In this document: positions 38,866 to 49,048 of the stretch, piece after piece
Position numbering within the stretch: the first letter of the stretch is position 1
How the letters are laid out: the number at the start of each line of letters is the position of its first letter
Assembly (NCBI GenBank): GCA_963666275.2
Contig: CAXXOA010000002.1
Location: 1,440,001 to 1,504,000, forward strand
DNA: 64,000 nt
Direction: 5' to 3'
DNA from: Oceanispirochaeta sp.
GTDB taxonomy: Bacteria > Spirochaetota > Spirochaetia > DSM-2461
The notes under the pieces: generated by a model
Databases searched by the model: none
The model's input: the letters and a program-made list of their open reading frames with translations, nothing else
What the model was told of the DNA's origin: nothing
Made by a program: the position numbers and the translations under genes

Positions 38866-41593
38866 ACTGCAGCTCCGGTGACAGGATTTCGGGGACTTCG
38901 GTTATTTCCGGAAGGGTCAGCTCAAACGTCCGGGTCTGAAGAGGACTCTGCTGAAATACCTCTCCCTCTCTCTCCCGGAGAGCCTGAATCTCCACTCTGA
39001 AAAGACCAACATCCAGATCTTCCAGCCTACTGAAATTATACAGCGTTCCTGTGGCTTTTTCCTGATGGAAGACAAGATTCCCCGTGGCTTCCGAAATGAG
39101 CTTCAGATCATAATATTCGGCGCCCCGGGAAGGGGTCCACCGGAATGTCAGAGAATCTCTGGTCTGCATGTCCAGCACGGCGCCCGCAGCCGGTTCCAGC
39201 AGGGACGGCCCCGGCAGAGCCGGTACGGGAGTGACTTCAAAGGAGTAGACCTCAGAGGGGGGCGCCGGATTGTTCTGGGCATCCCGTGAGAGGATCTGCA
39301 GATAGTAGGTCCCCGGAGTCAGATCGGGGATCGGTCTGTTCTGAACAGTCAGCTCTTCGTCCAGAAGGGTTGTGGCAAAATCGGCCGAACGGGAGAGCCT
39401 GATCTGCTGATTGGGCAGGGGAGGGCTCTGGGTCCAGCGGAATGAGGGGCTCTGTTCCAGGATGGTCATCCGGGAGAGGCTCCTGCCGGGCACCGGATAG
39501 GTCAGAACAGGCCGGGAGTAGGAGAGGACCCTGTCCAGGGTGAAATTCCGCAGAGAGACGCCGCTCTGATTTGTATTCTCTTCATCCACCGGGCGGAATG
39601 CCTCCACTGAGAGGGTGTAGTTCCCCGCCCGCAGACGGGCTTTGTCTTCTATCAGCCAGAGCGGCTCGGTTGTGCCTGTATTGCGGAGCGTGGGATCATT
39701 GGGATTCTCAGGAACCAGCTGGGCATTGTAGTAGGCTGCATCGGGCAGGGGGATCCACTGGATTTTCAGAGGGTTGTCCCCCAGGAGAGAGAGATTTTCA
39801 TTTTCCAGTGGGGTCTGTATCACCGGTTTCGCCAGCCTGTCTATCATCGTAAAGGGCACCTGGTCGCTGATAATATCTACAAGACCATCATCATTGAGCA
39901 CAGATACCTGCCAGTAGTAGTTGCCCTCTCCCGGAAGGGGAAGGGTCGCCGATGATGTTTCTGTTCTCTTGGTCAGAAGGGGAACCAGAGTGTTCTCTTC
40001 CCGGAATATCTGAATCTCAAAGGGTCCCTGCAGGCTGCTGTCCCAGCTGAAAACAGTGCTGTCGTAGGATTCTGTGATCTGCAGACTCTCCGGGGCCGGT
40101 TTTTCGGGAGTAATATAGATACGGGCCGCCAGGACTGTGAAGTCCCGGATCTCCGAGGGGGGAACCGACTGGTTTTCCCTGTCCAGGCCGTCTACCTGCC
40201 AGAAGTAGCGACCCTGTTCGGGGAGTTCCTCCACAAGATAGGAGTTCCTGTTGATCCATTCATCCACCAGGGGCTCTCTCATGTCCGGATCCCGGGCTAC
40301 CACCAGATGATAGTTGCTTATCTCCTTGTCCGCCAGCCAGCTGAACCGGAGTCCCTCTCTGACTTTCAGGGGGTTGATCTCTTCCCTGTCAGAAGGCAGG
40401 ATCAGCTCCGGCGGTTCAACGGTCTCATTGTATTCCACCCGGAACCGCCGGATTTCCGGCGGTGTATAGGATATTTTACTGGCCGTGTTGTATTCGGGAA
40501 TGACCCGCCAGAAGTAGTCGCCCCTGGGCATTTCTCTCCGGGTATAGAAGTTGTTGCTGCTTGATATATCCGCTACCAGATTTGTAAACTGGGCATCCGA
40601 GGATATCTGAAGGCGGGTCGCATTGGTCAGGCCTGAGTTCTCCCAGGAGAAGGCCAGGTCCGGGAGGGTCCTTCTGTACTGGAAGACTTCATCCATGACC
40701 GGTACCTGAAGGGAGGGAGCCTCATCCCGTATGAGAACCACCCTGTTGGCTGAGCTGAAGTAGGGGATCCCGTCGCTGTAATTGCCTCTGATCCGCCAGA
40801 AGTAGGTTCCCGGCAGAGTCTCTCTGGTCAGGAAGGGCTCGCCCTCAGAGGGAATCAGCCGCTCCGCCGACCGGAAGTCCTGAAACTCCGCCACTTCCAG
40901 GGTCAGATTTTCCAGAGCCAGGCTCTGTTCCCATTCGAATCGGATGGGAACCGTCGCCGCTGTTGTGACAAGGAGCCTGTTGTTGGCGGGAGATTTCAGG
41001 GTTACCGCTTCCTGTTCCACCCGGATATCATCCTGGATGCTGGCGCGGAAATTCTTCTCTATGCTCTGGGTCTGATCTCCCACAGTGACGTCTATGGTAC
41101 CCTCGTCGACAGACAGATTGATCGAATCCCCTTCTTTTTTATCCAGAGTCACTGTGGCTGTATCCAGGGCTATGACAGTATCTTCCGCCCGGATCCTCAG
41201 AGTGGATGTTCCCTCTCCCTTCCTTTCGGCTGAGATATTTCCACCCAGAAACTCAATGTTCTGAGACTCCTCTCCCCATTCCAGGACAATATAGGTATTG
41301 GCCGCCAGGGATATCTCAGTCCCGTCTATGAGACGGATAGTCGCCCGGGAATCCTCAATGGTTCTGAGACTGTCGTAGTTGTAGAGGGGGGTGCTGGTTT
41401 CCAGGTCGCCCCAGACGGCCCGGTCGGCAAATTTTCTCTGCGCTCCGTTCTCTATAAAGGTGATCTCTCCGATCACCTCTCCCCCCTCGTTGGTTATCTG
41501 GCTGTGAAGATCTCTGTAGAACTCAAGACCTGCCCAGGCGAACACAGAGAGGAGGAGAAGGGTTATGAATATGTCCCTAATCCATGATTTCAT
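38855..41593 (-). CDS. FecR-like protein with multiple FN3/Ig repeats
   Basis: N-terminal TM; LYNYDSLRT..DSRATIRLIDGTEISLAANT FecR-like motif; repeated P.L..P...FSW...G.YFW.V modules. Confidence 0.85.
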   Translation of the reverse strand: MKSWIRDIFITLLLLSVFAWAGLEFYRDLHSQITNEGGEVIGEITFIENGAQRKFADRAVWGDLETSTPLYNYDSLRTIEDSRATIRLIDGTEISLAANTYIVLEWGEESQNIEFLGGNISAERKGEGTSTLRIRAEDTVIALDTATVTLDKKEGDSINLSVDEGTIDVTVGDQTQSIEKNFRASIQDDIRVEQEAVTLKSPANNRLLVTTAATVPIRFEWEQSLALENLTLEVAEFQDFRSAERLIPSEGEPFLTRETLPGTYFWRIRGNYSDGIPYFSSANRVVLIRDEAPSLQVPVMDEVFQYRRTLPDLAFSWENSGLTNATRLQISSDAQFTNLVADISSSNNFYTRREMPRGDYFWRVIPEYNTASKISYTPPEIRRFRVEYNETVEPPELILPSDREEINPLKVREGLRFSWLADKEISNYHLVVARDPDMREPLVDEWINRNSYLVEELPEQGRYFWQVDGLDRENQSVPPSEIRDFTVLAARIYITPEKPAPESLQITESYDSTVFSWDSSLQGPFEIQIFREENTLVPLLTKRTETSSATLPLPGEGNYYWQVSVLNDDGLVDIISDQVPFTMIDRLAKPVIQTPLENENLSLLGDNPLKIQWIPLPDAAYYNAQLVPENPNDPTLRNTGTTEPLWLIEDKARLRAGNYTLSVEAFRPVDEENTNQSGVSLRNFTLDRVLSYSRPVLTYPVPGRSLSRMTILEQSPSFRWTQSPPLPNQQIRLSRSADFATTLLDEELTVQNRPIPDLTPGTYYLQILSRDAQNNPAPPSEVYSFEVTPVPALPGPSLLEPAAGAVLDMQTRDSLTFRWTPSRGAEYYDLKLISEATGNLVFHQEKATGTLYNFSRLEDLDVGLFRVEIQALREREGEVFQQSPLQTRTFELTLPEITEVPEILSPELQYVQ

Positions 41594-44480
41594 ATTTGAC
41601 TTCTTCTTTCTCCGTATTCACTTCTGCAATGTTATCAAAATTTCCTGTTATACCCACACGGTCTCTCAGGTCACTGAGCGAGTGGGGACGGTCCGGATCA
41701 TCCAGACGGCCCAGGACCGCATAGATCTGCTGGGGTTCGCTTTTCCCTTTGACCTTGATCTTGTTCATCGGGACAAGATCAAAGATTCCCTCTACCAGAT
41801 CCGCCGTTCCCTGGGAGACAAGTATATCCGTTCCCATGGGTTTATTCAGCGCTTCAATCCGGGAGGCCAGGTTGACCGCATCGCCGATCACCGTATACTC
41901 CATCCTTTCATCAGAACCGATCTGACCGGCCAGCACATCGCCGCTGTTCAGGCCGCAGCCGATCTTGATGATCGGTTTCCGCTCTCCTCCCCGGTTCTGG
42001 TTGAACTTTCTCAGGGCTGTCCGCATCATCAGGGCACCGTTGATGGCATTTTCCGCATCGTTCCCGTGAGAAATTGGTGTTCCCCAGACGGCCATGATGG
42101 CATCTCCGATGTATTTATCCACCACGCCGTTGGTATCATTCACACAGTCTACCATCAGAGTCATATACTCGTTCAGAAAAGAGACCACCTCAGTTGGTGT
42201 CAGTTTTTCAGAGATCGCTGTGAAGGAACGGATATCAGAAAAGAATATAGTGGCCGGTTTGATCTCACCACCCAGCTGGATCTCCCCTTTTTCCGCCATC
42301 TCGGCCATCTCTTTGTTCACAAAGCGGCCGAATGCGTCTTTGATCCTCTCTTTCTCCTCCAGACCCATGCCCATGTTGATGAAGGCCCTTGTGAGGACGC
42401 CGATTTCATCCTGGGAGCGGGGTTTCAGCTGAAGATGGTATTCACCGTTTTCTATCTTCCTTGTGGCTGTCACAAGCTTCCTTATGGGATTGGATAGGGA
42501 TTTTGAATAGTAATAGACAATCAGGATCGCCAGGGCGACAAACATGACCATCAGAAGGATATTCCGTCTCTGGATCTTGTAGATCGCCTCAAAAGCCAGT
42601 TTTTCCGGTACTGTTGTGATCACTCCCAGGCGGCCGAAGTTGACTTTTTTATAGGACCCCAGATAAAAAACGTTCTCCTCCTCTTCAAAGCGGATCTGCC
42701 CTGTATTGACCGCTGAGGAGAAAAGCTCCTGTACAATCGGCAGATCTCCCAGATTGATGCCCGAGGTGACCACTGTGGCATCGGGATGGGCAATCAGATA
42801 GCCCTGGGAGTCCACGATAAAGGTATCGGTGATTCCCCGGGACTGGACCGCTTTCTGCAGAGTCTGTCTGATATCGGTAAAGATAAAGAGGGTTTTGATC
42901 CCCCGTTCCTGCTTGTAGGGAATGGTGATCCCCAGCATGGGAACACCGAAGTGAACGGATACATTGAAAACCGAAGGAGTTCCCCCCCGGGCCAGCCGGA
43001 TCTGATCGGGATAGTTTTCCATAACTCCCATAATAAAATCTTCCGAGATTCCCAGGTCTCCCATCAGGTTGGCGTTGTAGAAAAGCCTTTCTTCTCCGGG
43101 AACACCTACCATCAGGATGTTCTGCTGGCTTCGGAAGAAATAGCTTATATAGTTTTCTTCTTCCGGAGACTCTCCGTATCCCGCCCCCAGCAGGAGCAGG
43201 GATGCACTATTGCCTATCTGATGCAGAGTTTCTTCTGTCTGGGAGGCAATGGTCTCGGAGAGTTTCAGATTGCTCTCCTCCACCCTGACCTGACTGTCCT
43301 GAAGAAAGAAAAAGGTCGCCAGAACGATCATTCCCGTCAGAGCCATGATTATGATAATGGATGTAATGAAACTCATCTTGACCCCGATGGGGTAGCGGAT
43401 CAGAGTCCCCGGTTCCGGGCGTTTTCTCTTTTCCTGCTCCTGTTCAGACGTTTCTGACCCCTCTTCCTCCTCATCCGGAGCTGATGCTTCTGCGGAAGTT
43501 GGTTCTTTGACAAGGTCTTCCGGAAAGTAGCTGGCCTCCGGATCAAAAAGGACGGTGTCCTCTTCCAGATGAAGCTCCTCTTCGGGCTCGTAGCTTATCA
43601 CCTTGTCTGCCGGTTCCGCCGGGGCCACCAGGCTGATGGTCTGGTCCGGGCCGGAGAGAACAGATAAAAGGCGGATCGAAACTTTCTCACTCTTCCAGAA
43701 CTCCTCCGGAGCCTTATCTGTCTTCATGATCAGATAGTAGGGCAGCAGGGGATTGGTCTCCTCCTGATCTGTAGGAAACTCAAGAGCCCCATGATAGAGA
43801 AGCATACCCTCACTCTTCCAGCTCCGCAGATGAGTTATCAGGTCAAGCGGATCATTCATGGTTGCCAGATCCAGATAGCTTATGGAAATATAGGAGCCTC
43901 TCCCGGCGGTTCTCAGAACAGGGTCGGGTATGGTGAAATCAAGCTGGCCCCCGTTTGTCCGGTTCATGCTGACCGGCCGGATGGGAAAACGTTCGGGAAG
44001 CACGACACCCGCCCGACCGAACAGGCCGGTAATCCACTCTATCGCCCGGGGATTCACATTCTCAACTGCAGGGTAGATGATTTTTCTCGAAGGGGTCACA
44101 AAGGCACCGAACTCATCGGCCAGGGTAATGTCATCCCGGAGCTGCCGGATCTGTTTCATCAGAGTCAGAAGGAGGGATTTATCAGAGCGGCTCATGCCTC
44201 TGCTGCCTGCTGCCCTTCTGGATACAAGCTGTCCCCCCAGATAGGCCAGCCGGGTAAGGGTCATGAGATTCAGAAAACCTGCCATATGATAAAGTTCTGA
44301 AAACTGACGGATGAGTCCGGGAACTGTGGACCTTCCGTTGTTCATGGAAGAACGGGTCAGGGATTCTATTGTGTCTATCTGACCGTTCAACACGGTCAGT
44401 AGTTTTTTATAATGGCCGATCGTATTCTGAGGCATGCCGGGTTCTCCATTTAATGCTGCAAATAATACAGGTTCTCTCAT
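41577..44480 (-). CDS. Membrane class III adenylate cyclase (TM-Cache-like-TM-HAMP-CHD) with long cytoplasmic N-terminal extension
   Basis: FSDIRSFT, DKYIGDAIMA, GQIGS..RMEYTVIGDAVNLASRIE, VKGK; Lys and Thr specificity residues indicate ATP; FIVD..G.LIAHPD Cache-like motif; DEIG.L..AF HAMP. Confidence 0.93.
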   Translation of the reverse strand: MREPVLFAALNGEPGMPQNTIGHYKKLLTVLNGQIDTIESLTRSSMNNGRSTVPGLIRQFSELYHMAGFLNLMTLTRLAYLGGQLVSRRAAGSRGMSRSDKSLLLTLMKQIRQLRDDITLADEFGAFVTPSRKIIYPAVENVNPRAIEWITGLFGRAGVVLPERFPIRPVSMNRTNGGQLDFTIPDPVLRTAGRGSYISISYLDLATMNDPLDLITHLRSWKSEGMLLYHGALEFPTDQEETNPLLPYYLIMKTDKAPEEFWKSEKVSIRLLSVLSGPDQTISLVAPAEPADKVISYEPEEELHLEEDTVLFDPEASYFPEDLVKEPTSAEASAPDEEEEGSETSEQEQEKRKRPEPGTLIRYPIGVKMSFITSIIIIMALTGMIVLATFFFLQDSQVRVEESNLKLSETIASQTEETLHQIGNSASLLLLGAGYGESPEEENYISYFFRSQQNILMVGVPGEERLFYNANLMGDLGISEDFIMGVMENYPDQIRLARGGTPSVFNVSVHFGVPMLGITIPYKQERGIKTLFIFTDIRQTLQKAVQSRGITDTFIVDSQGYLIAHPDATVVTSGINLGDLPIVQELFSSAVNTGQIRFEEEENVFYLGSYKKVNFGRLGVITTVPEKLAFEAIYKIQRRNILLMVMFVALAILIVYYYSKSLSNPIRKLVTATRKIENGEYHLQLKPRSQDEIGVLTRAFINMGMGLEEKERIKDAFGRFVNKEMAEMAEKGEIQLGGEIKPATIFFSDIRSFTAISEKLTPTEVVSFLNEYMTLMVDCVNDTNGVVDKYIGDAIMAVWGTPISHGNDAENAINGALMMRTALRKFNQNRGGERKPIIKIGCGLNSGDVLAGQIGSDERMEYTVIGDAVNLASRIEALNKPMGTDILVSQGTADLVEGIFDLVPMNKIKVKGKSEPQQIYAVLGRLDDPDRPHSLSDLRDRVGITGNFDNIAEVNTEKEEVKYEIMD

Positions 44481-44649
44481 CTTATTATCTGCTAAATTCC
44501 CTTAAAGAATTAGCCTTTTCTCAAAGTACAGCTTCCTTCGGGAGTTTTTCCCCTCCAGGGTTTATATTATAAGAGAAGACGGGCATATCTGCTTGATTTG
44601 AAAGGGCCAGCTGCCGATAATAACAGCAGAAAACCCATGGGGGAGAGAG

Positions 44650-44997
44650 TTGAAGATACTTTCCGGCAAAATCTCACTTTATTCAGTCCTCATCCTGAGC
44701 CTGCTGCTCCTGATATCCTGTTATGACAGGTATCCCTATTTTCTGCAGGAGCCTGAGTTTGAGGCTGAAGCTCTGGAAGAGGGCGGCCCGGGAATATCCC
44801 TCTCCATGTGGACCCCCGATCCGGAGTGTCTGATCCGGTACAGTGTCAACGACAGGGAGGCCAGCGAAAGCTACGGCATCCTCTACGACGAGCCTGTGAT
44901 TTTAACAGAACTCTCTCATGTATCGGCCGTGGCCTATCGTGAGGGATACCCCTCAGGACCAGCGAGTTATTACAATTATGATCCGACAAACCCTTAA
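44650..44997 (+). CDS. Small lipoprotein with Fn3-associated-like domain
   Basis: Lipobox LISC; IRYSVN...Y.EP......VSAVAYREG pattern. Confidence 0.65.
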   Translation: MKILSGKISLYSVLILSLLLLISCYDRYPYFLQEPEFEAEALEEGGPGISLSMWTPDPECLIRYSVNDREASESYGILYDEPVILTELSHVSAVAYREGYPSGPASYYNYDPTNP

Positions 44998-46372
44998 ATT
45001 TCTGATCCCCTCCCTGGGAGCGCTTCTCCTCCTGCTCTCCTGTCCCAGTCCGGTGGACTCTCTGGATGAGAAGGACGATGTGGCCGGGTTCAAGGCTTTT
45101 TATCTGAGCCCGGATATCAACGGGAATCTTTCCGAGGTTGTCATAGGGGATGTGAACGAAGACTCTGTTGTTCTGATGGTTCCGGGAAACAGCGACAATT
45201 CCCGTTTGTCTCCCTCTTTTGACACAGACGCGGAAACAGTGATGGTGGGGAATCAGCAGCAGTGGAGCGGCCAGTCCTGGCTGGATTTTTCCGAGCCTGT
45301 GGAATACACCCTGATTTCAAAGGGCGGGAAGGAAACAGACGTGACTGTGTCTGTTGTATTCACCGGTTCCTGGAATACCCTGGGAAGCTCTTTTTCCGGA
45401 TATGATCCTCAATTTATCTGGAATTATGATAATAACAATCTGATAATCTCATTTATTGATGGCAGCATGATAGGGTACAAGTATTTCAACTCTTTAGCGG
45501 GTGATCTTGTGAATATCGGGGCGACATTTGGGGGAAATGTCTTAACTTTTGCAGCTGGGGTTAGCGGAAATATATTTCTGAATGCCTATTATAATAATAG
45601 TACTTTAGATTTTGATTTCTACTATACGAATTATGATAGTTCAACCTATACTTGGACCTGGACATATTCGAATTTATATACTGCTACTGCTCCTACTACA
45701 GAAATGCAACTTTTTCCAACAGACAGTTCTAATGCTTATCTCTTATTTACTGATAATGCAACAAGATATCCTTATATGGTTCATCAGGATTACTTTAACT
45801 ACATCACTACATTGCTCGCAAGTCCTGAAATCAGGGCTGTGTCCTCGTTCCGCGGTGCATTAAGCTCCATGGGTTTGATTGCAGCCGCAACCTATCTGGA
45901 TGATACTGGAACCATCTATCTGTATCAGTACATTGGAACTGCATGGAATCATCTAGCCTCTCTTCCGATAAGCAATCTTATTGTCAAGGATTTAATCTAC
46001 GATGACTGGAACGGCAGATTTATCATTGTTGCAGCTTCTCCAAACAGCAGTAATACATCCAGGACTGATATCAATGTCTATAGCTGTGATATCAATGAAG
46101 GAAGTTGGGAGACTCTCATCGATCCTTTGATTCTGAATGTTCCTGTTGCGGATACAATAGAAGTCGCCTGGGGCAATGAATCGGTTCTTGTAGCCACCAG
46201 GCAGGACTGTTATGAGACCAGTGATGCCGGCTGGGTCCATCTGGGAGGCGGTCCCTATTACGATTCTCCCGCTCCCTATTTCTCAGTGGCCGCAGAGTCT
46301 GAAGGCTCCCGCCGGTATATCGCCTATACGGATACTTCAGGTTTTACCTATTTAAGGTATCTGGAGCGCTAA
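44978..46372 (+). CDS. Lipoprotein with DUF5018-like Ig domain and beta-rich C-terminal region
   Basis: ATG 44978 gives lipobox LLSC; LSPSF...QWSG...DFSEPVEYT motif. Confidence 0.7.
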   Translation: MIRQTLKFLIPSLGALLLLLSCPSPVDSLDEKDDVAGFKAFYLSPDINGNLSEVVIGDVNEDSVVLMVPGNSDNSRLSPSFDTDAETVMVGNQQQWSGQSWLDFSEPVEYTLISKGGKETDVTVSVVFTGSWNTLGSSFSGYDPQFIWNYDNNNLIISFIDGSMIGYKYFNSLAGDLVNIGATFGGNVLTFAAGVSGNIFLNAYYNNSTLDFDFYYTNYDSSTYTWTWTYSNLYTATAPTTEMQLFPTDSSNAYLLFTDNATRYPYMVHQDYFNYITTLLASPEIRAVSSFRGALSSMGLIAAATYLDDTGTIYLYQYIGTAWNHLASLPISNLIVKDLIYDDWNGRFIIVAASPNSSNTSRTDINVYSCDINEGSWETLIDPLILNVPVADTIEVAWGNESVLVATRQDCYETSDAGWVHLGGGPYYDSPAPYFSVAAESEGSRRYIAYTDTSGFTYLRYLER

Positions 46373-46459
46373 AGTCCTGCAGATTCCCGCCGGGAAACTC
46401 TGGCCCAATTCCCGGGCTTTATGCTATTCTACTCCCACTCAAAATCCGAGGAGACCATT

Positions 46460-47827
46460 ATGAGCAAGCTCTGGCAGAAAAATTATGAACTGAATGAACT
46501 TATCGAAGAGTTCACAGTCGGAATCGACTATATCCTGGATCAGAAACTGATCCCCTCGGACTGCGTGGCCAGTATGGCCCATGCCAGAATGCTTCAGACT
46601 ATCGGAATCCTGACGGAAGAGGAGAATACTGCTCTGGCGGCGGGTCTCCGGCAGATACTGAAAGAACACAAAGAGGGGAATTTCCCCATAACCCGTTCCG
46701 ACGAGGACGGCCATACGGCTATCGAAAACAGGCTTGTTCAGCTGGCAGGCGATGCAGGCAAGAAGATCCATACAGGACGGAGCCGGAACGATCAGGTCGT
46801 CACGGCCCTGAGGGTCTACGGACGCTCTAAAGTGCTTGAAATGATCCGGGAAGGGGGCATCCTGGTACAGTCCCTCTTGAACCTGGCGGAAAAGCATCAG
46901 AACACCCCTATGCCCGGTAGAACCCACATGCAGATTGCCATGCCCTCCTCGGTAGGGCTCTGGGCGGCCGGGTTTGCCGAAGAGATGGTGGACTCCCTGA
47001 AACTCCTCGCTTCTGTATGGGAGATCCTGGATCAGAATCCTCTGGGTGCGGCCGCCGGATACGGTGTTCCTCTGGAGCTGGACAGGGCCATGACCGCCCG
47101 GCTCATGGGATTCTCCCGGGTACAGAACAATGTCATCTATGTGAATAACTCCCGGGGGAAAATGGAACTGATGGTTCTGGATCTGCTGGATCAGATGGTT
47201 CTCAGCATGAGCAAGATGGCTCAGGACCTGATCCTCTTCTCCCTTCCCGAGTTCGGATATTTCAGCCTGCCTGCGGAACTCTGCAGCGGGTCCAGCATTA
47301 TGCCCCAGAAAAAGAATCCCGACGGACTGGAACTGATGCGGGCTAAGGCGGGAACCGTCAGCGCCTGCGGTACCCAGGTCCGGAATATCCTCCGGTCTCT
47401 GCCTTCGGGTTACAACAGGGACTTTCAGGAAACCAAAGAGCCCTTCCTCAAGGGCTGTGATATCACTCTGCAGAGCCTCCGGGTTATGACCCTTACATTC
47501 GATAAACTTCAGGTGAATCCGGACAAACTGAAAGCGGGCTTTTCAAAAGATATCTATGCTACCGACGTGGCTCTGGAGCTGGTGGCCGGAGGCATGAGCT
47601 TCCGGGATGCCTATAAAGAGGTGGGGCTGAATCTGGATAAACTGGGGCAGCAGGATCCGGATGAATCCATCGGATCCAGAACCTATCCCGGTACCACAGG
47701 CAATCTGGCCCTGGATCAGGTGAAAGAGCGCCTGGAGGATATCCTCAGAAAAACCGAAGAGAGGGAAGACGCCATTGACAGGGCCGTTTCTTCTTTGATG
47801 GGCGAAGCCGTACAGATCCTGGTGTAG
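46460..47827 (+). CDS. argH: Argininosuccinate lyase
   Basis: HTGRSRNDQ, MPGRTHMQ, GSSIMPQKKNPD, GYNRDFQETK; GAGGAG RBS before ATG 46460. Confidence 0.96.
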   Translation: MSKLWQKNYELNELIEEFTVGIDYILDQKLIPSDCVASMAHARMLQTIGILTEEENTALAAGLRQILKEHKEGNFPITRSDEDGHTAIENRLVQLAGDAGKKIHTGRSRNDQVVTALRVYGRSKVLEMIREGGILVQSLLNLAEKHQNTPMPGRTHMQIAMPSSVGLWAAGFAEEMVDSLKLLASVWEILDQNPLGAAAGYGVPLELDRAMTARLMGFSRVQNNVIYVNNSRGKMELMVLDLLDQMVLSMSKMAQDLILFSLPEFGYFSLPAELCSGSSIMPQKKNPDGLELMRAKAGTVSACGTQVRNILRSLPSGYNRDFQETKEPFLKGCDITLQSLRVMTLTFDKLQVNPDKLKAGFSKDIYATDVALELVAGGMSFRDAYKEVGLNLDKLGQQDPDESIGSRTYPGTTGNLALDQVKERLEDILRKTEEREDAIDRAVSSLMGEAVQILV

Positions 47828-47844
47828 TCTCCCTCAGGGGAAAC

Positions 47845-49044
47845 CTACTCCTCTCCGGCCAGATCCTGGATCTGGCGGATAAGCTCCCGCAGTTTGCTTG
47901 TCTCTTCCCGGCTTCGGGCCAGTTCTTCCTCCAGAGTCATATTCTCTGTGGCCAGGAAGTTCTCCGAACGCTGGAGGTCTTCGGCCTGTTTCTCAGCGGC
48001 TGAGAGCCTCTGGGTAAAGCTGGTCCGCATCTCGGCCATTTCTTTCCTGTGTTTCTCTTCCAGTATCTGCAGGACCGTGGGCTCTGATGCTTTACGGGTT
48101 TCCTCGCCTACAGTGTCTTCCAGTCCCAGAGGTTTCAGTTCTATCCGGAGGATTCTGTTTTCGGCTTCACCCGGTATAACCGTTGTGCTGCCGTCCTGAT
48201 ACCCTCTTTTCCTTACCAGTATCGAAAGCTCCTGTTCGGGCATAAACAGGCCCCGGATACGGGAATAACCGTTGAGGCGGCCATTGATATAGATCTGTGT
48301 ACCAGCCGGAACTGTGGTAATTTCCATAAATACGAGGTTTTCGTCCTGGACCGGAATTGCAACAGGAGACTGGGAGGCAAACAGACCTGTGTCCTCCTCT
48401 GTGAAGGCCGTGGCCGTCAGATCTGTCTCTCCGGGTATAAGGCTTGCTTTCTCCCGGGCTGTCAGGGCGCCGATGCTCTCTTCGTTCTGTGTGAGAACGG
48501 CGACTTTACCATCAAGCACAGAAACCACAGTTGCCATACCGGGGAGGGACTGAACCATAAACTCCGTTCCTTCCACCCTGTATATCTTCCCCTGGGCCAG
48601 GATCTGAAGGTTTTCGCTGTCCTGCAGCTCCTCCACCTTATAGATCATGGAACCCGTGAGCAGTTCGGTCCGGATATCCGCATCTTTCGTTCCGCTCAGA
48701 AGTTTCTGTATCCTCACAAGGGTATTGCTCCGGATGTTCACGCTGGCGGTACCGGCAAAACGGATCTGGCAGATCGAATCGTCCACCACCTTGATAATGT
48801 CGCCTTCCCGAACCTTGTCCCCTGGAAGGGGGGTAATAATCTGATCATCCCGGATAATAAAGACTTCACCGGAAATGGCTGTTATCAGGGCTTCTCCCGG
48901 CCGGGCGGGCAGGAAGGTTTCGGGAAGAGAGGCATTCTCTTCTGCGGGGCTGTTGAAAACTGTTGAAGAATAGAGATAGAGAATCACTCCGGCCAGGACG
49001 AGTCCGGCCAGAAAAAAGGCTGTGGATTTAACAAATTGTTTCAT
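47845..49044 (-). CDS. FecR-like plus PEGA domain protein with C-terminal coiled coil
   Basis: N-terminal TM; EGDII...VEGTEF...VSVLDGKV FecR-like; TTVPAGTQIYINGR...RKRGY PEGA; E/K-rich tail. Confidence 0.78.
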   Translation of the reverse strand: MKQFVKSTAFFLAGLVLAGVILYLYSSTVFNSPAEENASLPETFLPARPGEALITAISGEVFIIRDDQIITPLPGDKVREGDIIKVVDDSICQIRFAGTASVNIRSNTLVRIQKLLSGTKDADIRTELLTGSMIYKVEELQDSENLQILAQGKIYRVEGTEFMVQSLPGMATVVSVLDGKVAVLTQNEESIGALTAREKASLIPGETDLTATAFTEEDTGLFASQSPVAIPVQDENLVFMEITTVPAGTQIYINGRLNGYSRIRGLFMPEQELSILVRKRGYQDGSTTVIPGEAENRILRIELKPLGLEDTVGEETRKASEPTVLQILEEKHRKEMAEMRTSFTQRLSAAEKQAEDLQRSENFLATENMTLEEELARSREETSKLRELIRQIQDLAGEE

Positions 49045-49048
49045 GATT

